Positions 31,137 to 41,358 are shown, numbered from the stretch's first letter. The stretch is DNA of 64,000 bases from Candidatus Multivoradales bacterium (GCA_965248055.1 CBDFIJ010000004.1:1216001-1280000); one strand, 5' to 3'. Translations and numbers: made by a program. Notes: generated by a model not told the origin, from the sequence alone.

Positions 31137-31329
31137 CGTCGCCTCCTTACTTGGCTACCACCCTGCCTACGGTAATCGTCGATTTTGCGATTCACAAGTA
31201 CGCTCAATTAAGTGTTTTGCAATTATGGCAAAAAATATGTGTCACAATCGTAGTTTGAATCAGCCTTAAGGCTGGGGCTTTGGCGTGGGGCCGTAGTTCC
31301 GGTTTTTGGGGCGTAAAGGAGGTAGTGAA

Positions 31330-31578
31330 ATGAGTGGACAAAGTTTGTTGATTTTTCTTGTTATCGGTCTGATTGCGGGTTGGATTGCTGGACAGATCAT
31401 GAAGGGTCGCGGATTCGGCCTAGTTGGCAACTTGGTGGTTGGCGTCATTGGTGCTTTGTTGGGTGGCTGGCTGTCCGGCGTCCTAGGTTTGTCACTGGGC
31501 GGAATGATCGGTGAAATCCTCACCGCAGTTGTCGGTGCACTGGTCCTCTTGTTCCTTGTCGGCTTGGTCAAGAAGTAG
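31330..31578 (+). CDS. GlsB/YeaQ/YmgE (transglycosylase-associated) membrane protein
   Basis: IGLIAGWIAG...GNLVVGVIGALLGG; AAGGAGG RBS. Confidence 0.9.
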   Translation: MSGQSLLIFLVIGLIAGWIAGQIMKGRGFGLVGNLVVGVIGALLGGWLSGVLGLSLGGMIGEILTAVVGALVLLFLVGLVKK

Positions 31579-31795
31579 TTACTTCACGACCAGTGACACC
31601 AAAAGCAAGCCCTCCGGCGCCGGCCGGAGCGGCTCAGCTTTTCCGCCCCAGAATTTCCCCCCTTGAACCAGACGCCGCGTTGGCGCGTATTTGCCGCATA
31701 GAAGGAGGCTCGGATCGTTGATCGTCATCGCTCGGGCCGCGGGTAGCAGCCCGCAGTAACCATGACCCCATTCATTGGAACAATAAGGAGAGGTA

Positions 31796-32173
31796 ATGAA
31801 TCTCAGTACAATCGCTCGTTACGTAGTCGGTGCAATATTTCTAATTTTCGGCGCTAATAAGTTTATCGGCTTCATGCCCATGCCGCCGTTTGAAGGTGCT
31901 GCAGGCGAGTACATGGGTGGCCTGGGCGCTGCTCCCTATTTCTTTGGCGTGCTGGGTGCAGTCGAAGTGATCGGCGGTTTGATGCTTCTGGCTGGCAAGT
32001 ACGCGCCCTTGGGGATTACGCTCTTGGCCGCCCCAATCGTACAGATCTTGCTTTTCCATACCATGCTGGCTCCAGATCCGATGATGACCAGTTTGGCGGT
32101 CGTGCTCACCGTTGGTGCCATTCTGATCGCGCGCGGTCATAAGGATCGGTTCGCCGGCGTTCTGGCCCGGTAG
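31796..32173 (+). CDS. DoxX-like membrane protein
   Basis: ARYVVGAIFLIFGANKF...EVIGGLMLL...ILLFH. Confidence 0.8.
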   Translation: MNLSTIARYVVGAIFLIFGANKFIGFMPMPPFEGAAGEYMGGLGAAPYFFGVLGAVEVIGGLMLLAGKYAPLGITLLAAPIVQILLFHTMLAPDPMMTSLAVVLTVGAILIARGHKDRFAGVLAR

Positions 32174-32266
32174 TTCGGTAAGGCCTGCTCTGTCCTGATT
32201 TGCAGTACCCAGCATCCACGCTTGGTTGCTGGGTACTGCTATGCCCTGACTGCTAAACTGCGGTCA

Positions 32267-32605
32267 ATGAGCGATACAGAGAGCTTCACCCCTGATCGAA
32301 ATGCAACGGACGAAGACGAACTAAATTGGACCTCGGTTGCCGAAGTTGGCAAGGAAGCGGAAGCAGCCGTCGTCGCCGGATTTCTCAAGTCGCAAGGGAT
32401 ACCAGCGGTGGTTGATTCAGAGAAATTTCATCAAGCTCCGGTCAATTTCGGCGACTTAGCTCAGATCTCGATCATGGTACCTGCCGGTCAAGAGCAGCGA
32501 GCTCTGGAGATACTGGCGTCGCAAACGGTCTCCGAAGAGTCCGACGCTACGGACGCTATCGACGAAACGGACGCTGCCAAAACACCCAGCAACCATGATG
32601 CCTGA
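32267..32605 (+). CDS. DUF2007-like putative signal-transducing protein
   Basis: EAAVVAGFLKSQGIPA...IMVP...ALEIL. Confidence 0.7.
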   Translation: MSDTESFTPDRNATDEDELNWTSVAEVGKEAEAAVVAGFLKSQGIPAVVDSEKFHQAPVNFGDLAQISIMVPAGQEQRALEILASQTVSEESDATDAIDETDAAKTPSNHDA

Positions 32606-33776
32606 TCAGCACAACGATCGGCCCACCGATAAACCCATAGCAAGTTCAGACATTCTGGGCCTTGGCGAACGTCAGAGACGGACCATCGCCACTGCCTTGA
32701 CCACCCTGGCGGTGGTGGTGATCGTGATCGCACTGGGTGCCCTGCTGTGGCTCGCGGCCGCTTTTCTGCGCAACTTTTCTTCTGTGCTACTGCCGGTGGC
32801 GGTGGGTGCGGTCGCTGCGATGGTGTTTCACCCCTACTTTGGCTGGCTACGCGGACTCCGGTTCCCTCGCGTCCTGGCACTTGCGGTGGTCATCCTGTCG
32901 ATCGCCATCCCATTGGCGGCTTTTTTTTGGTTTTTTGGTTCCATGGTGGTGGACCAGATCGCGCAATTGGTAGACCAGTTCCCGAAAATGCGCGACCAGG
33001 CGATGCAGGACATCAACGAAAAGTGGCCCAAGGTGGTCGCCTTTTTTCAAACCAACCCGTGGGGAGTTCGCATTCGAACCGCGGTAGAAAGCCAACAGGC
33101 CGCGTTGCTCGACGGCCTGGGCCAGGTCGGTGGCGGTGCGCTAACCGTCGGTGGCCGCATCTGGAACTTCTTCACTTCTGCATTCGGCTGGGCCGTGGCG
33201 CCGATTTACTTTGGTTTCTTTCTGATGGCGCAGCCCGATCGGTTCCTCGAGATCGAAAAATTTCTTCCCTTCTTGAAGTCCGAAACCCGCAATGACGTCG
33301 GCTTTCTGACCCGTGAGTTTGTCGGCGCGATTGTCGCTTTTTTTCGCGGTCAGTTGATCGTCGCTTTTCTCCAAGGGCTGCTGTTCGCCATTGGTTTTTC
33401 CCTGGTTGGCCTACGCTACGGATTCGTACTCGGCTTGGCACTGGGATTTCTCAACATCATTCCCTACCTAGGGTCGATTGTCGGCCTGGGGGTGGCAATT
33501 CCGCTGGCCTTGGTCCAGCCAAACGGCGGTTGGACTTTGGTCGCTTGGGTTTTGGTGGTCTTTACCATCGTCCAAGCGATTGAGGGAAACTTGCTGACTC
33601 CTAAGATCATGGGTGATCGTACTGGGCTTCATCCGGTCGCAATCATCTTCGCGGTGTTTTTCTGGGGCACCGCCCTGGGCGGTATCTTGGGAATGATCCT
33701 GGCGATTCCTTTGACTGCTTTTCTGGTGGTTTTTTGGCGCTTGCTCCGGGAACGCTACATCGCCGAATTGGTCTGA
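32595..33776 (+). CDS. AI-2E family transporter
   Basis: NIIPYLG, EGNLLTPKIMG..TGLHP, GMILAIP. Confidence 0.92.
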   Translation: MMPDQHNDRPTDKPIASSDILGLGERQRRTIATALTTLAVVVIVIALGALLWLAAAFLRNFSSVLLPVAVGAVAAMVFHPYFGWLRGLRFPRVLALAVVILSIAIPLAAFFWFFGSMVVDQIAQLVDQFPKMRDQAMQDINEKWPKVVAFFQTNPWGVRIRTAVESQQAALLDGLGQVGGGALTVGGRIWNFFTSAFGWAVAPIYFGFFLMAQPDRFLEIEKFLPFLKSETRNDVGFLTREFVGAIVAFFRGQLIVAFLQGLLFAIGFSLVGLRYGFVLGLALGFLNIIPYLGSIVGLGVAIPLALVQPNGGWTLVAWVLVVFTIVQAIEGNLLTPKIMGDRTGLHPVAIIFAVFFWGTALGGILGMILAIPLTAFLVVFWRLLRERYIAELV

Positions 33777-33805
33777 GAAGCCGCGACCACACGACAGGAG
33801 CGATC

Positions 33806-34213
33806 ATGGGCGAACGCGCAACAGGAACTTTCGAAGTCAATCTAAACCCCCTGGAGCTGGCTTTCGCCTCCGAGGACCCGCGATTCGGCAGGTTGTTGAT
33901 CACCAAACAGTTCTTTGGCGATCTGGAGGCAACAAGTTCGGGCGAAATGTTGAGCCTGCGCAGCGCAGTCGAGGGGTCGGCGGGTTACGTCGCGATCGAA
34001 TTCGTCACCGGTCGTCTCGGAGGCCACGAAGGGAGCTTCGTTCTGCAGCACTCCAGCACCATGGATCGAGGAACCCCCAAGCAAAAGATTCAGGTGATCC
34101 CTGACTCGGGAACTAAGCAACTGCAAGGCCTGACCGGCGAGTTGGCGATTGACATCGTCGACGGTCAGCACCACTACACGTTCGACTACGCATTGGCGGA
34201 TTCGGATCACTGA
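33806..34213 (+). CDS. DUF3224 family protein
   Basis: ATGTFEV, GSAGYVAIE, GSFVLQH, DSGT..L.GLTG, HHYTFDY. Confidence 0.88.
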   Translation: MGERATGTFEVNLNPLELAFASEDPRFGRLLITKQFFGDLEATSSGEMLSLRSAVEGSAGYVAIEFVTGRLGGHEGSFVLQHSSTMDRGTPKQKIQVIPDSGTKQLQGLTGELAIDIVDGQHHYTFDYALADSDH

Positions 34214-34248
34214 CCACCAACGACTAGTCCAACCAAGAGGGACCCACT

Positions 34249-34692
34249 ATGTCCGATCAAAAGACCGCACAATCCTTTACCAATCACGCCAGGTTCGTCA
34301 CCGGATATCACTTCGTACTGGCCGGAGTGTCCCTGATAACCCTAGGTGCAGCGATCTACTATTTGGTGACCCGCTGGGGGTCGGAGAATGCGTTGCTGTC
34401 CTGGATCTTGCTGGGGTTGACGTTAGCCCTAGCGATCAACGTCTACTACACCCGAACCTTCGCTCTCAAAGCACAAGACCGGGCAATTCGAGCCGAACAA
34501 CACCTGCGTCATTTCGCGCTCACCGGCCGCCTACCAGACGGCAAACTGACCACCCGCCAGGCGATTGGGCTGCGCTTCGCCGATGATCAGGAATTCGTCG
34601 AATTGGTCAACCGTGCGATCGAGGAAGGGCTGTCTGAGAAGGCGATCAAGAAGTCGATCAAGGTTTGGCGCTCGGACGTCTACCGCGTCTGA
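34249..34692 (+). CDS. DUF6526-like membrane protein
   Basis: QSFTNHARF, QDRAIRAE, LRFADDQE, W.SDVYRV. Confidence 0.75.
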   Translation: MSDQKTAQSFTNHARFVTGYHFVLAGVSLITLGAAIYYLVTRWGSENALLSWILLGLTLALAINVYYTRTFALKAQDRAIRAEQHLRHFALTGRLPDGKLTTRQAIGLRFADDQEFVELVNRAIEEGLSEKAIKKSIKVWRSDVYRV

Positions 34693-35810
34693 TGAAGTCG
34701 GATTCCCGATCGAGCCTGGGGCAAAAGGCCCTGCCCAGTCGGTATTTCGTCGACCGACAAGTTTTCGCGCGGGAAATTAAGCTACTGAGAAAAAGCTGGA
34801 GTGCGATTGCTCTGGTTGACGATCTGCGTTCTGCCGTTTCAGTGCAGCCAATACAAGTCTTGGGATCCAGTCTGATTGCGGTGCATAGTGAAGACGGCGG
34901 GTTCTCAGTATTTCACAACCTGTGTCGACATCGGGGCACCGAACTCTGCGATCAATCGAGCACTGGCGCGACGCGATTGGTCTGTCCTTATCATGGTTGG
35001 TCCTACGGCTTGGACGGGACCCTGATTTCGGCGCCGCAGATGGTCGAAGGGGATGGTTTTTCGACCGCCGATCACGGTTTGATCGAAGTTGAATCGGCCG
35101 TTTGGCAAGGCATCCTGTTTGTCCGCCTAGACAACACCATTGCAGAAGCCACTTTGGAGGACAGCTTGGCAGACAGTTTGGCGGCGCTGGGCCCCCAGGT
35201 TGCGCCCTGGCGTCCTGACTCCTTGGAGGTCGTCAACCGGACCCAGTATCAGGTCGCGGCCAACTGGAAGATCCTGTTTCAAAACTATTCCGAGTGCTAC
35301 CACTGCCCGATCCTGCACCCAGCGCTCAACCGACTAACACCCTTTCGCGATACCGATAACGTCTTTGACGAGGGGCCAATCTTGGGCGGCCCGATGCGGC
35401 TCTCCAACCAGGAAGGCAGCATGACCACGACCGGAGACCGCTGTGGCCCGGTGCTTCCGGGTTTAAGCGCAGAGCACCAAGGGTTGGTGCATTACTTCAC
35501 CGTCTTTCCCAATCTGTTCTTGAGTCTGCACCCGGACTACGTCCTGGTTCACCTGTTGCGACCCACGGCGGTAGATCAAACCACGGTCGATTGCCATTGG
35601 CTGGCACCGCCGGGCGCCAACCCACAAGACTTTGCTCCAGCGGTTGAGTTTTGGGATACCACCAACCAACAGGACTGGTGGGTTTGCAGCCAGATGCAGA
35701 AGGGTGTGTCGTCCGCGGACTACCTCCCTGGCCCCTACTCCAACCTGGAGAGTTTGTTAGCGGCTTTCGATCGAGATTATCTGAAGCGCATGGAGGCTAG
35801 TGGAGACTGA
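34692..35810 (+). CDS. Rieske oxygenase alpha subunit (choline/glycine-betaine monooxygenase-like group)
   Basis: NLCRHRG...CPYHGW Rieske motif; NWK...ECYHCPILH mononuclear Fe site. Confidence 0.92.
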   Translation: MKSDSRSSLGQKALPSRYFVDRQVFAREIKLLRKSWSAIALVDDLRSAVSVQPIQVLGSSLIAVHSEDGGFSVFHNLCRHRGTELCDQSSTGATRLVCPYHGWSYGLDGTLISAPQMVEGDGFSTADHGLIEVESAVWQGILFVRLDNTIAEATLEDSLADSLAALGPQVAPWRPDSLEVVNRTQYQVAANWKILFQNYSECYHCPILHPALNRLTPFRDTDNVFDEGPILGGPMRLSNQEGSMTTTGDRCGPVLPGLSAEHQGLVHYFTVFPNLFLSLHPDYVLVHLLRPTAVDQTTVDCHWLAPPGANPQDFAPAVEFWDTTNQQDWWVCSQMQKGVSSADYLPGPYSNLESLLAAFDRDYLKRMEASGD

Positions 35811-35822
35811 CGCTGGCCTCGC
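35689..35822 (+). repeat. Direct repeat copy 1 (134 bp; Rieske gene 3' end)
   Basis: Aligns to 38407-38540 with 8 mismatches; 87-bp identical core at 35725-35811. Confidence 0.92.
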
Positions 35823-35983
35823 CTCTCCTCAAAGTGCCTCCCTCTTTTTTCCCCTCTCTTCAAAGATCTCTCCACCTCAAGAAGATGGTGTCACCCGCCT
35901 TAGTCAGCGTCGGCAGCGCCCAAATCGTGGTTAAGTCACAATTGGAAGCCTGCGAACAGTCGCGACGTGCCGTTCGGCACCTT

Positions 35984-37729
35984 CTAACCCTCGTCCCCGA
36001 GCAGTGCCAGTCTCGTAGATGTCACACCTGCGGTATCGTTCAAGGAGTCGTAGAAGGCACCGTTGATCAGGTATTCACCCGGTGGCAATTCGACCTGTGC
36101 TGTCGCTTGCAGTCGCGCCTCCGGCCCGACATCGACTCCCGCCTGTATGTGAAATTCGGATGAGTTTAGCTGCAGGAATTCGACCAGCTCGCCTTCCAGA
36201 TTGTGGACAGAGATGTATGGCTCCAGACGGGCTATTTGTTCCCCATCCTCCTCCACCATGCCGATCTGTCCGGCTGGCACCGCTATGGTTACAGTCACAC
36301 TAACTGTCTCTCCCATCTCTCCTGTCTCGGTCCTAAGATATACCGGAAAGGAGCCGTACGAACCGGGAAGCATCGAAAGGCGCTGGAGTTGATTCATCAG
36401 CAGCTGCTTCTTGGAGAGATCGAGATAAGTTAGCGGATAGCGCAGGATAGCTAGCGGGTAACCCTGTTTGATCTTGACCTTGATGTCATGTTCCTTGCCG
36501 TCTCGCCCGTGCGGGACTAGGACCGCGATTTCATAGACGGTGTCCTTGAATGCTCGGTGAAAGATCCAAGACGGGTCATTGAGGCCCACCTTTTGCCCGC
36601 CTGTGTGGTTGGCGAGGGACTTTGCCATGGTTCCCAGTGAAAACGTGGACTCGAATTGCCGCGGCGAAACGGAGTTCATGTTCGACTCAGTGACCTCATC
36701 ATTGCTGAACAACTCGAGTCCAGCGAGGCTAGATGCGTGAAAGATGACTCCCGCCGATGTCGCAATTGCGCCTAGGTCTGACAGCGACCGAACCGCCTTG
36801 AACACGTCGCCCTTGCTGCACCCTTCTTCTTGTTTGAAGTAGACGGAAGAATGCATCCAGACCACGCTCTTGCGACCCGGAATTGGGGCCAAGCTCTCAA
36901 CCAAACGCCCCAGTGAGTCAATCTGGCTCATGATCCACCCCAGCTTGCCGGAGCAGCCCTGCCGCTTCAGCATGCGTTGACGGAGATCCTCGTCGCCCCC
37001 CGACGCTTGCCCCCCCTTGGCGTCCTGAACCCAGGATGCGTTTGCCGGAGACTCGATAAATCGCCAGATTCTCCCCTGAATCTTCCGCCTCTGGAGATCT
37101 CTCAGCTTCGCCTTCAGTTCGACTGGATCACTAGTGGGACCTCCGAGGAATCCAACCGTTCGATCAACAAAACCGACCATCCAAGTTCGCTCACCGACCT
37201 CTTGAGGGTGATCACTAACCCACGCCAGCAGCTTACCCATCGCGGCGACAAACCGTGGACGGATTGTCTGAAAATCCGTCAGGATGACGACCAACTCCGG
37301 CTCAGATTGCACCGTTGCTGCAGGCTCGGACAACGCCAGCGCGATCTGTCCCGGTGTGACCCCTGAACGCTCGGCCAAAGGCACGAATGGGTCGCCGTCT
37401 TGTACCAGTCTGAAATCAACCATCTCGACCGAGGCACCGTCTTCTGTAACGACGAAGTCTTCTACGGTCAAACCATCGACTGGCAGTCCCAGGCCGTTAT
37501 CGACTCGCACGGACAGTTTCACTTCATGGACTTCTATCGATTCCTGGAACACAGGAACTTCGCTATCCTGCCCGAGTCCAGCTGGGGGACCGGCTAGTGC
37601 AACAACGGTTACACTCCAGATTCCTAGCCGCCTAAACACAAGGGCAGATCGTGTCTGACCTGTCTTGAGCTTGCGGACTGCTAGCCTTGGCAATAAACAC
37701 CACCCGATAATGCGACGCAGTTGCCCCAC
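35984..37729 (-). CDS. VWA-domain protein (VWFA-related Acidobacterial type)
   Basis: PVDGLTVEDFVVTEDG, IPGRKSVVW, LANHTGG, DGKEHDIKVK; C-terminal Ig-like domain; start uncertain. Confidence 0.8.
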   Translation of the reverse strand: MGQLRRIIGWCLLPRLAVRKLKTGQTRSALVFRRLGIWSVTVVALAGPPAGLGQDSEVPVFQESIEVHEVKLSVRVDNGLGLPVDGLTVEDFVVTEDGASVEMVDFRLVQDGDPFVPLAERSGVTPGQIALALSEPAATVQSEPELVVILTDFQTIRPRFVAAMGKLLAWVSDHPQEVGERTWMVGFVDRTVGFLGGPTSDPVELKAKLRDLQRRKIQGRIWRFIESPANASWVQDAKGGQASGGDEDLRQRMLKRQGCSGKLGWIMSQIDSLGRLVESLAPIPGRKSVVWMHSSVYFKQEEGCSKGDVFKAVRSLSDLGAIATSAGVIFHASSLAGLELFSNDEVTESNMNSVSPRQFESTFSLGTMAKSLANHTGGQKVGLNDPSWIFHRAFKDTVYEIAVLVPHGRDGKEHDIKVKIKQGYPLAILRYPLTYLDLSKKQLLMNQLQRLSMLPGSYGSFPVYLRTETGEMGETVSVTVTIAVPAGQIGMVEEDGEQIARLEPYISVHNLEGELVEFLQLNSSEFHIQAGVDVGPEARLQATAQVELPPGEYLINGAFYDSLNDTAGVTSTRLALLGDEG

Positions 37730-38013
37730 AGATCAGGATGCGTGCAGCTGACGAAAGTATTGTTGACTCTGCATGTCACGCCGAAGTTGCCAGACGAGCA
37801 TGTCTCACCATACTTGACACTCGTCGCGCCGCTTTGCGAACCGTCGATGATTCGCTGACCATTGCAACCGCGAAAGTACCAACCGATCTCATCCCCGCTG
37901 GCATCATAGTAGTGAATCTCCACTTCGTTCGGAGGAAGAGCTACTGCGGGTCGGGCGGCCCACAGCGCCACCACTGCAGCGACTGCAACTGCTAGCAACA
38001 TGATTTGCTTCAT
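37681..38013 (-). CDS. Small secreted Cys-rich protein (DUF6289-like)
   Basis: Signal peptide; EIHYYDASGDEIGWYFRGCNG; six Cys in the mature part; GGAG RBS. Confidence 0.75.
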   Translation of the reverse strand: MKQIMLLAVAVAAVVALWAARPAVALPPNEVEIHYYDASGDEIGWYFRGCNGQRIIDGSQSGATSVKYGETCSSGNFGVTCRVNNTFVSCTHPDLWGNCVALSGGVYCQG

Positions 38014-38217
38014 AGTATCTCTCCAATTCCCGATTTTTGACCGATTCGTGGCCTGTTCAAGGCCGCTGAATTCAAGCACCCAGTCCGTTCGGCGTTCACC
38101 TTCAAGCGACCCTCCAGAACCAATCCTCGGTTCGGATTGTCAATCAAAAGACCCCCAAGAATCTGAGACTCATGTTCCACCAACGAATGTTTCATACATG
38201 AAAAACCACAAGAAAAC

Positions 38218-38233
38218 TGTGACGCCAGTCACA
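38218..38233. promoter_or_regulatory. CRP/FNR-family consensus box
   Basis: Perfect TGTGA-CGCCAG-TCACA about 200 bp upstream of the Cys-rich gene. Confidence 0.6.
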
Positions 38234-38406
38234 GACAGGCTCTCACTCTCTCTCTGCCGCATCGAAGAAGCTGCGGCTCGTTGACAACTCCCAACGATCT
38301 GTTTTTGATCTATCTTCAAGCTTGCGGCCATCGCAGGCGCAAAAATCTCGGCGCTAGCCAGCAATCGAGCGACATACTCGACCGGTGCTAGACCTCCGAG
38401 CGAAGT

Positions 38407-38540
38407 GCCAGATGCAAAAGGACGTGTCGTCAGCCGACTACGTCCCTGGCCCCTACTCCAACCTGGAGAGTTTGTTAGCGGCTTTCGATCGAGATTATCT
38501 GAAGCGCATGGAGGCTAGTGGAGACTGACCCTGGCTTCGC
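38407..38540 (+). repeat. Direct repeat copy 2 (orphan Rieske gene 3' fragment)
   Basis: Encodes QMQKDVSSADYVPGPYSNLESLLAAFDRDYLKRMEASGD*; contains the stop codon of the DsbA-family gene. Confidence 0.92.
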
Positions 38541-39198
38541 TATCGGCCGATGCAAGCCGATCATCGGCGGCCCGCCTCATGGCCGTCAACAGGTCTTCAG
38601 CTGGCTGGGCTCCGGAGACGGCGTACCGGTGGTCGAGCACGAAAAACGGCACTCCTCTGATGTCGAGCCGGGCAGCCAGAGCCTGGTCTTCGCGCACCTT
38701 CTTGGCGTGGGCGCCACTCTCTAGAACCGCTGCGGCGGCCTCGGGGTCGAGGCCCACATCCTTAGCGAGTCCGGTCAGAATATCGTGCTCCGAGATAGCA
38801 AGTCCCTGGTACAGGTAGGCTGCGAACAGTCGCTCTTTGAGGTCTGTCTGGTGCCCGAACTGCGCGGCCCAGGCCAGCAGGCGGTGAGCGGCGAACGTTT
38901 TGGTCGGGCGCACACGGTCAAACCGTAGCTCGAGCCCGAGAGAGCGGCCTACTGCAACCATCCGGTCGATCATCGCCTGGGCTTCGTCGGGAGTAATTCG
39001 ATACTTCGTGGCCAGTCGTTGGGCGTAGTCGACGCGGTCCGGTGCTTCTGTCAGAGCGTCCTGATCGAGTTCAAACGCCCGCCAGGTGAGAGTCACTTCA
39101 CCCTCGAAAGCATCGATAGCGGCCTCAAGGCGCCGCTTGCCAATCCAGCACCAAGGGCAGGCGATATCGGACCAGATGTCGATCTCGAGTGTCGTCAC
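38515..39198 (-). CDS. DsbA/FrnE family oxidoreductase
   Basis: IWSDIACPWCWIG, AHRL, GVPFFV, SGAQP. Confidence 0.92.
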   Translation of the reverse strand: MTTLEIDIWSDIACPWCWIGKRRLEAAIDAFEGEVTLTWRAFELDQDALTEAPDRVDYAQRLATKYRITPDEAQAMIDRMVAVGRSLGLELRFDRVRPTKTFAAHRLLAWAAQFGHQTDLKERLFAAYLYQGLAISEHDILTGLAKDVGLDPEAAAAVLESGAHAKKVREDQALAARLDIRGVPFFVLDHRYAVSGAQPAEDLLTAMRRAADDRLASADSEARVSLH

Positions 39199-39324
39199 GA
39201 GGCAAGCCTACCGTGACGAGTGTGAGAAGCAGAGTGCAGCCTCAGCCCCAACGGGTGGCCGGAACCTCAAGCCCTCGGCCAGAGCCCTCTGGCACATTTA
39301 TCTCACCTTTACCTGGGCTGACCC

Positions 39325-41100
39325 TCACAACGGCCAGACGAGCAGGATCATCGGGATCCCGACGAACAGCACCAGAATCTCGAGCGGCAGGCCCATCCTC
39401 CAATAATCGCCGAATCGGTAACCCCCAGGGCCGAGGATGATGGTGTTGTTCTTGTGCCCGATCGGGGTCAGGAAAGCGCAAGAGGCCGCGACCGCGACGG
39501 CCATCAAGAAGGTGTCGGGGTTGGCGTTGAGGCGTTGGGCGATCTCGACCCCGATTGGCGCTGCAATGAGGGCCGTGGCAACGTTGTTGAGAACGTCGGA
39601 GAGAGTCATGGTGATGACCATCAGTAGCGCCACAACCGCTACCGTCGGCAGGCCTTCGGTCCAAGCCACCAGGTGATTGGCGATCAGTCCGGTGCCACCG
39701 CTCTCCTCGAGGGCGACGCTCAGCGGGATCATCGAGCCCAGAAGAACGATCACCGACCATTCGACCGATTCGTAGATCTCGCTCAACGGCACGATATTGA
39801 GAACAACGTAGAGGGCGACGACCGCCGCCAGCGCAACCGGCAGGTAGACCCAGCCCAAGCTAGCCACCACGATGGCGGCGACGAACGCACCGACGGCGAC
39901 CCCGGCCTTCTGACGCTGCGACACTTCGAGACCCCGCTCAGCCAGGGGCAGACAGCCCAACCAGTGGGCAACGTCCGGCATATGCCCCTTGGGCCCCAGC
40001 AGCAACAGGATGTCACCAGATCGAATTGGGGCTTTGCGCACCCTTTCGCGAATACGACGGCCGCTTCGTGAGATCCCGAGCAGCGTCACACCCCGGCGAG
40101 CGAGCAGCCGCGCTTCCATTGCCGAGCGTCCGGCGATTCTTGCCCCGGCCGGTACAACAACCTCGACCATATCCAGTGAATCCGAGGCCACGCTGTCTTT
40201 CTTCCGCGATGCCGAGAGCTTGAGATCCGCAGAGCCCGCCAGCTCGTGAATTGCATCGGGAGCGCCGCCGAGAACAACAAAGTCACTCTTGCGCAGTTCT
40301 TCATCCAGTGCCAGGCCAGGCAGGCGTCTGCCGCGCCGCACGAGACCGAGAAGGTCGACCTCGTTCTCTTCGCTCAGCTCGAGCAAGTCTCGGAACCGCT
40401 TTCCGAGAAACGGTGACGACTCGTTGACTCCTACTTCTGCGACATACTCCTGGAGTTCCTCGAGCTCCCGTACCGCGTCGTGCCGGCTCCGATCCCTGGG
40501 GACCAACCGCCATCCAACCAGCGCCACGTAGATGACACCAACGACGGCCACCGCCGCTCCCACTGGGGCGAAGTCAAACATCCCGTACGGCTTCCCCAGG
40601 GCGTCCTCACGAAAGGTCGCGATCACGATATTCGGTGGCGTTCCGATCAGGGTCACCATGCCCCCCAGAATCGAGGCGAACGAGATCGGCATCAGCGATA
40701 GCGACGGACTGCGCTTCGCCTTGTGGGCCGCCTTGATATCGAGCGGCATCAGCAACGCGAGCGCCGCAACGTTGTTCATTGCAGTCGAGAGTATCGCCGC
40801 TAGGCTTGCCATGATGCCGATGTGTCCCGGAAGGCTTCGGGAAGAATCGAGCACCCTGAGAGCCAGTAAGTCGATCGCCCCCGAGCGCGAGAGCCCGCGG
40901 CTGACGATCAGGACAAGAGCGATGATGACTACCGCCGGATGCCCGAATCCGGAGAAGATCTGATTCTTGGGAACGAGCCCCAAAACGGCGGCGAGAATCA
41001 GGGCCCCGAAGGCCACGACGTCGTACCGAAACTTACCCCAAATCAGTAGGACGAAAACCGCGGAGACGATGGCAAATAGCACGATCTGGTCGAACGTCAC
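39325..41100 (-). CDS. SLC13/CitMHS-type permease with two TrkA-C domains
   Basis: GFGHPAV, TLIGTPPN, central RCK_C repeats, TPIGHKNN, GGYRFGDY. Confidence 0.92.
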   Translation of the reverse strand: MTFDQIVLFAIVSAVFVLLIWGKFRYDVVAFGALILAAVLGLVPKNQIFSGFGHPAVVIIALVLIVSRGLSRSGAIDLLALRVLDSSRSLPGHIGIMASLAAILSTAMNNVAALALLMPLDIKAAHKAKRSPSLSLMPISFASILGGMVTLIGTPPNIVIATFREDALGKPYGMFDFAPVGAAVAVVGVIYVALVGWRLVPRDRSRHDAVRELEELQEYVAEVGVNESSPFLGKRFRDLLELSEENEVDLLGLVRRGRRLPGLALDEELRKSDFVVLGGAPDAIHELAGSADLKLSASRKKDSVASDSLDMVEVVVPAGARIAGRSAMEARLLARRGVTLLGISRSGRRIRERVRKAPIRSGDILLLLGPKGHMPDVAHWLGCLPLAERGLEVSQRQKAGVAVGAFVAAIVVASLGWVYLPVALAAVVALYVVLNIVPLSEIYESVEWSVIVLLGSMIPLSVALEESGGTGLIANHLVAWTEGLPTVAVVALLMVITMTLSDVLNNVATALIAAPIGVEIAQRLNANPDTFLMAVAVAASCAFLTPIGHKNNTIILGPGGYRFGDYWRMGLPLEILVLFVGIPMILLVWPL

Positions 41101-41248
41101 GTAGACACTTTACCCGGAGTGACAGAAACTCTTCGGCTTCAACTGCTCGAAGGTCTGTTACCCGAGCATTGCCGCCCTTTTCTGCAACAGCACCTCTAGT
41201 CGGCAGGCCATGCCTGAGTACCTCCCGATCTTCACTTCGTTTCGTGAA

Positions 41249-41287
41249 GAAAGAAAAAAGGCCCGGAGCGATCATTCGCCCCGAGCC
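41249..41287 (-). terminator. Intrinsic terminator of the small minus-strand unit
   Basis: GGCUCGGGGCGA-AUGA-UCGCUCCGGGCC followed by UUUUUUCUUU. Confidence 0.8.
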
Positions 41288-41358
41288 CGGATGGTTCGCG
41301 TTGGTAGCGTTGGGTCACTTCGACAGACCCGCAAGCAGCAAACGCTCTAAAAGGGTGT

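Noticed and set aside
31690-31795. Riboswitch upstream of the DoxX-like gene
   Set aside because: One small hairpin only; no recognisable conserved aptamer motif.
35689-38540. DGR template/variable repeat pair
   Set aside because: Mismatches are not adenine-specific and there is no reverse transcriptase in the window.
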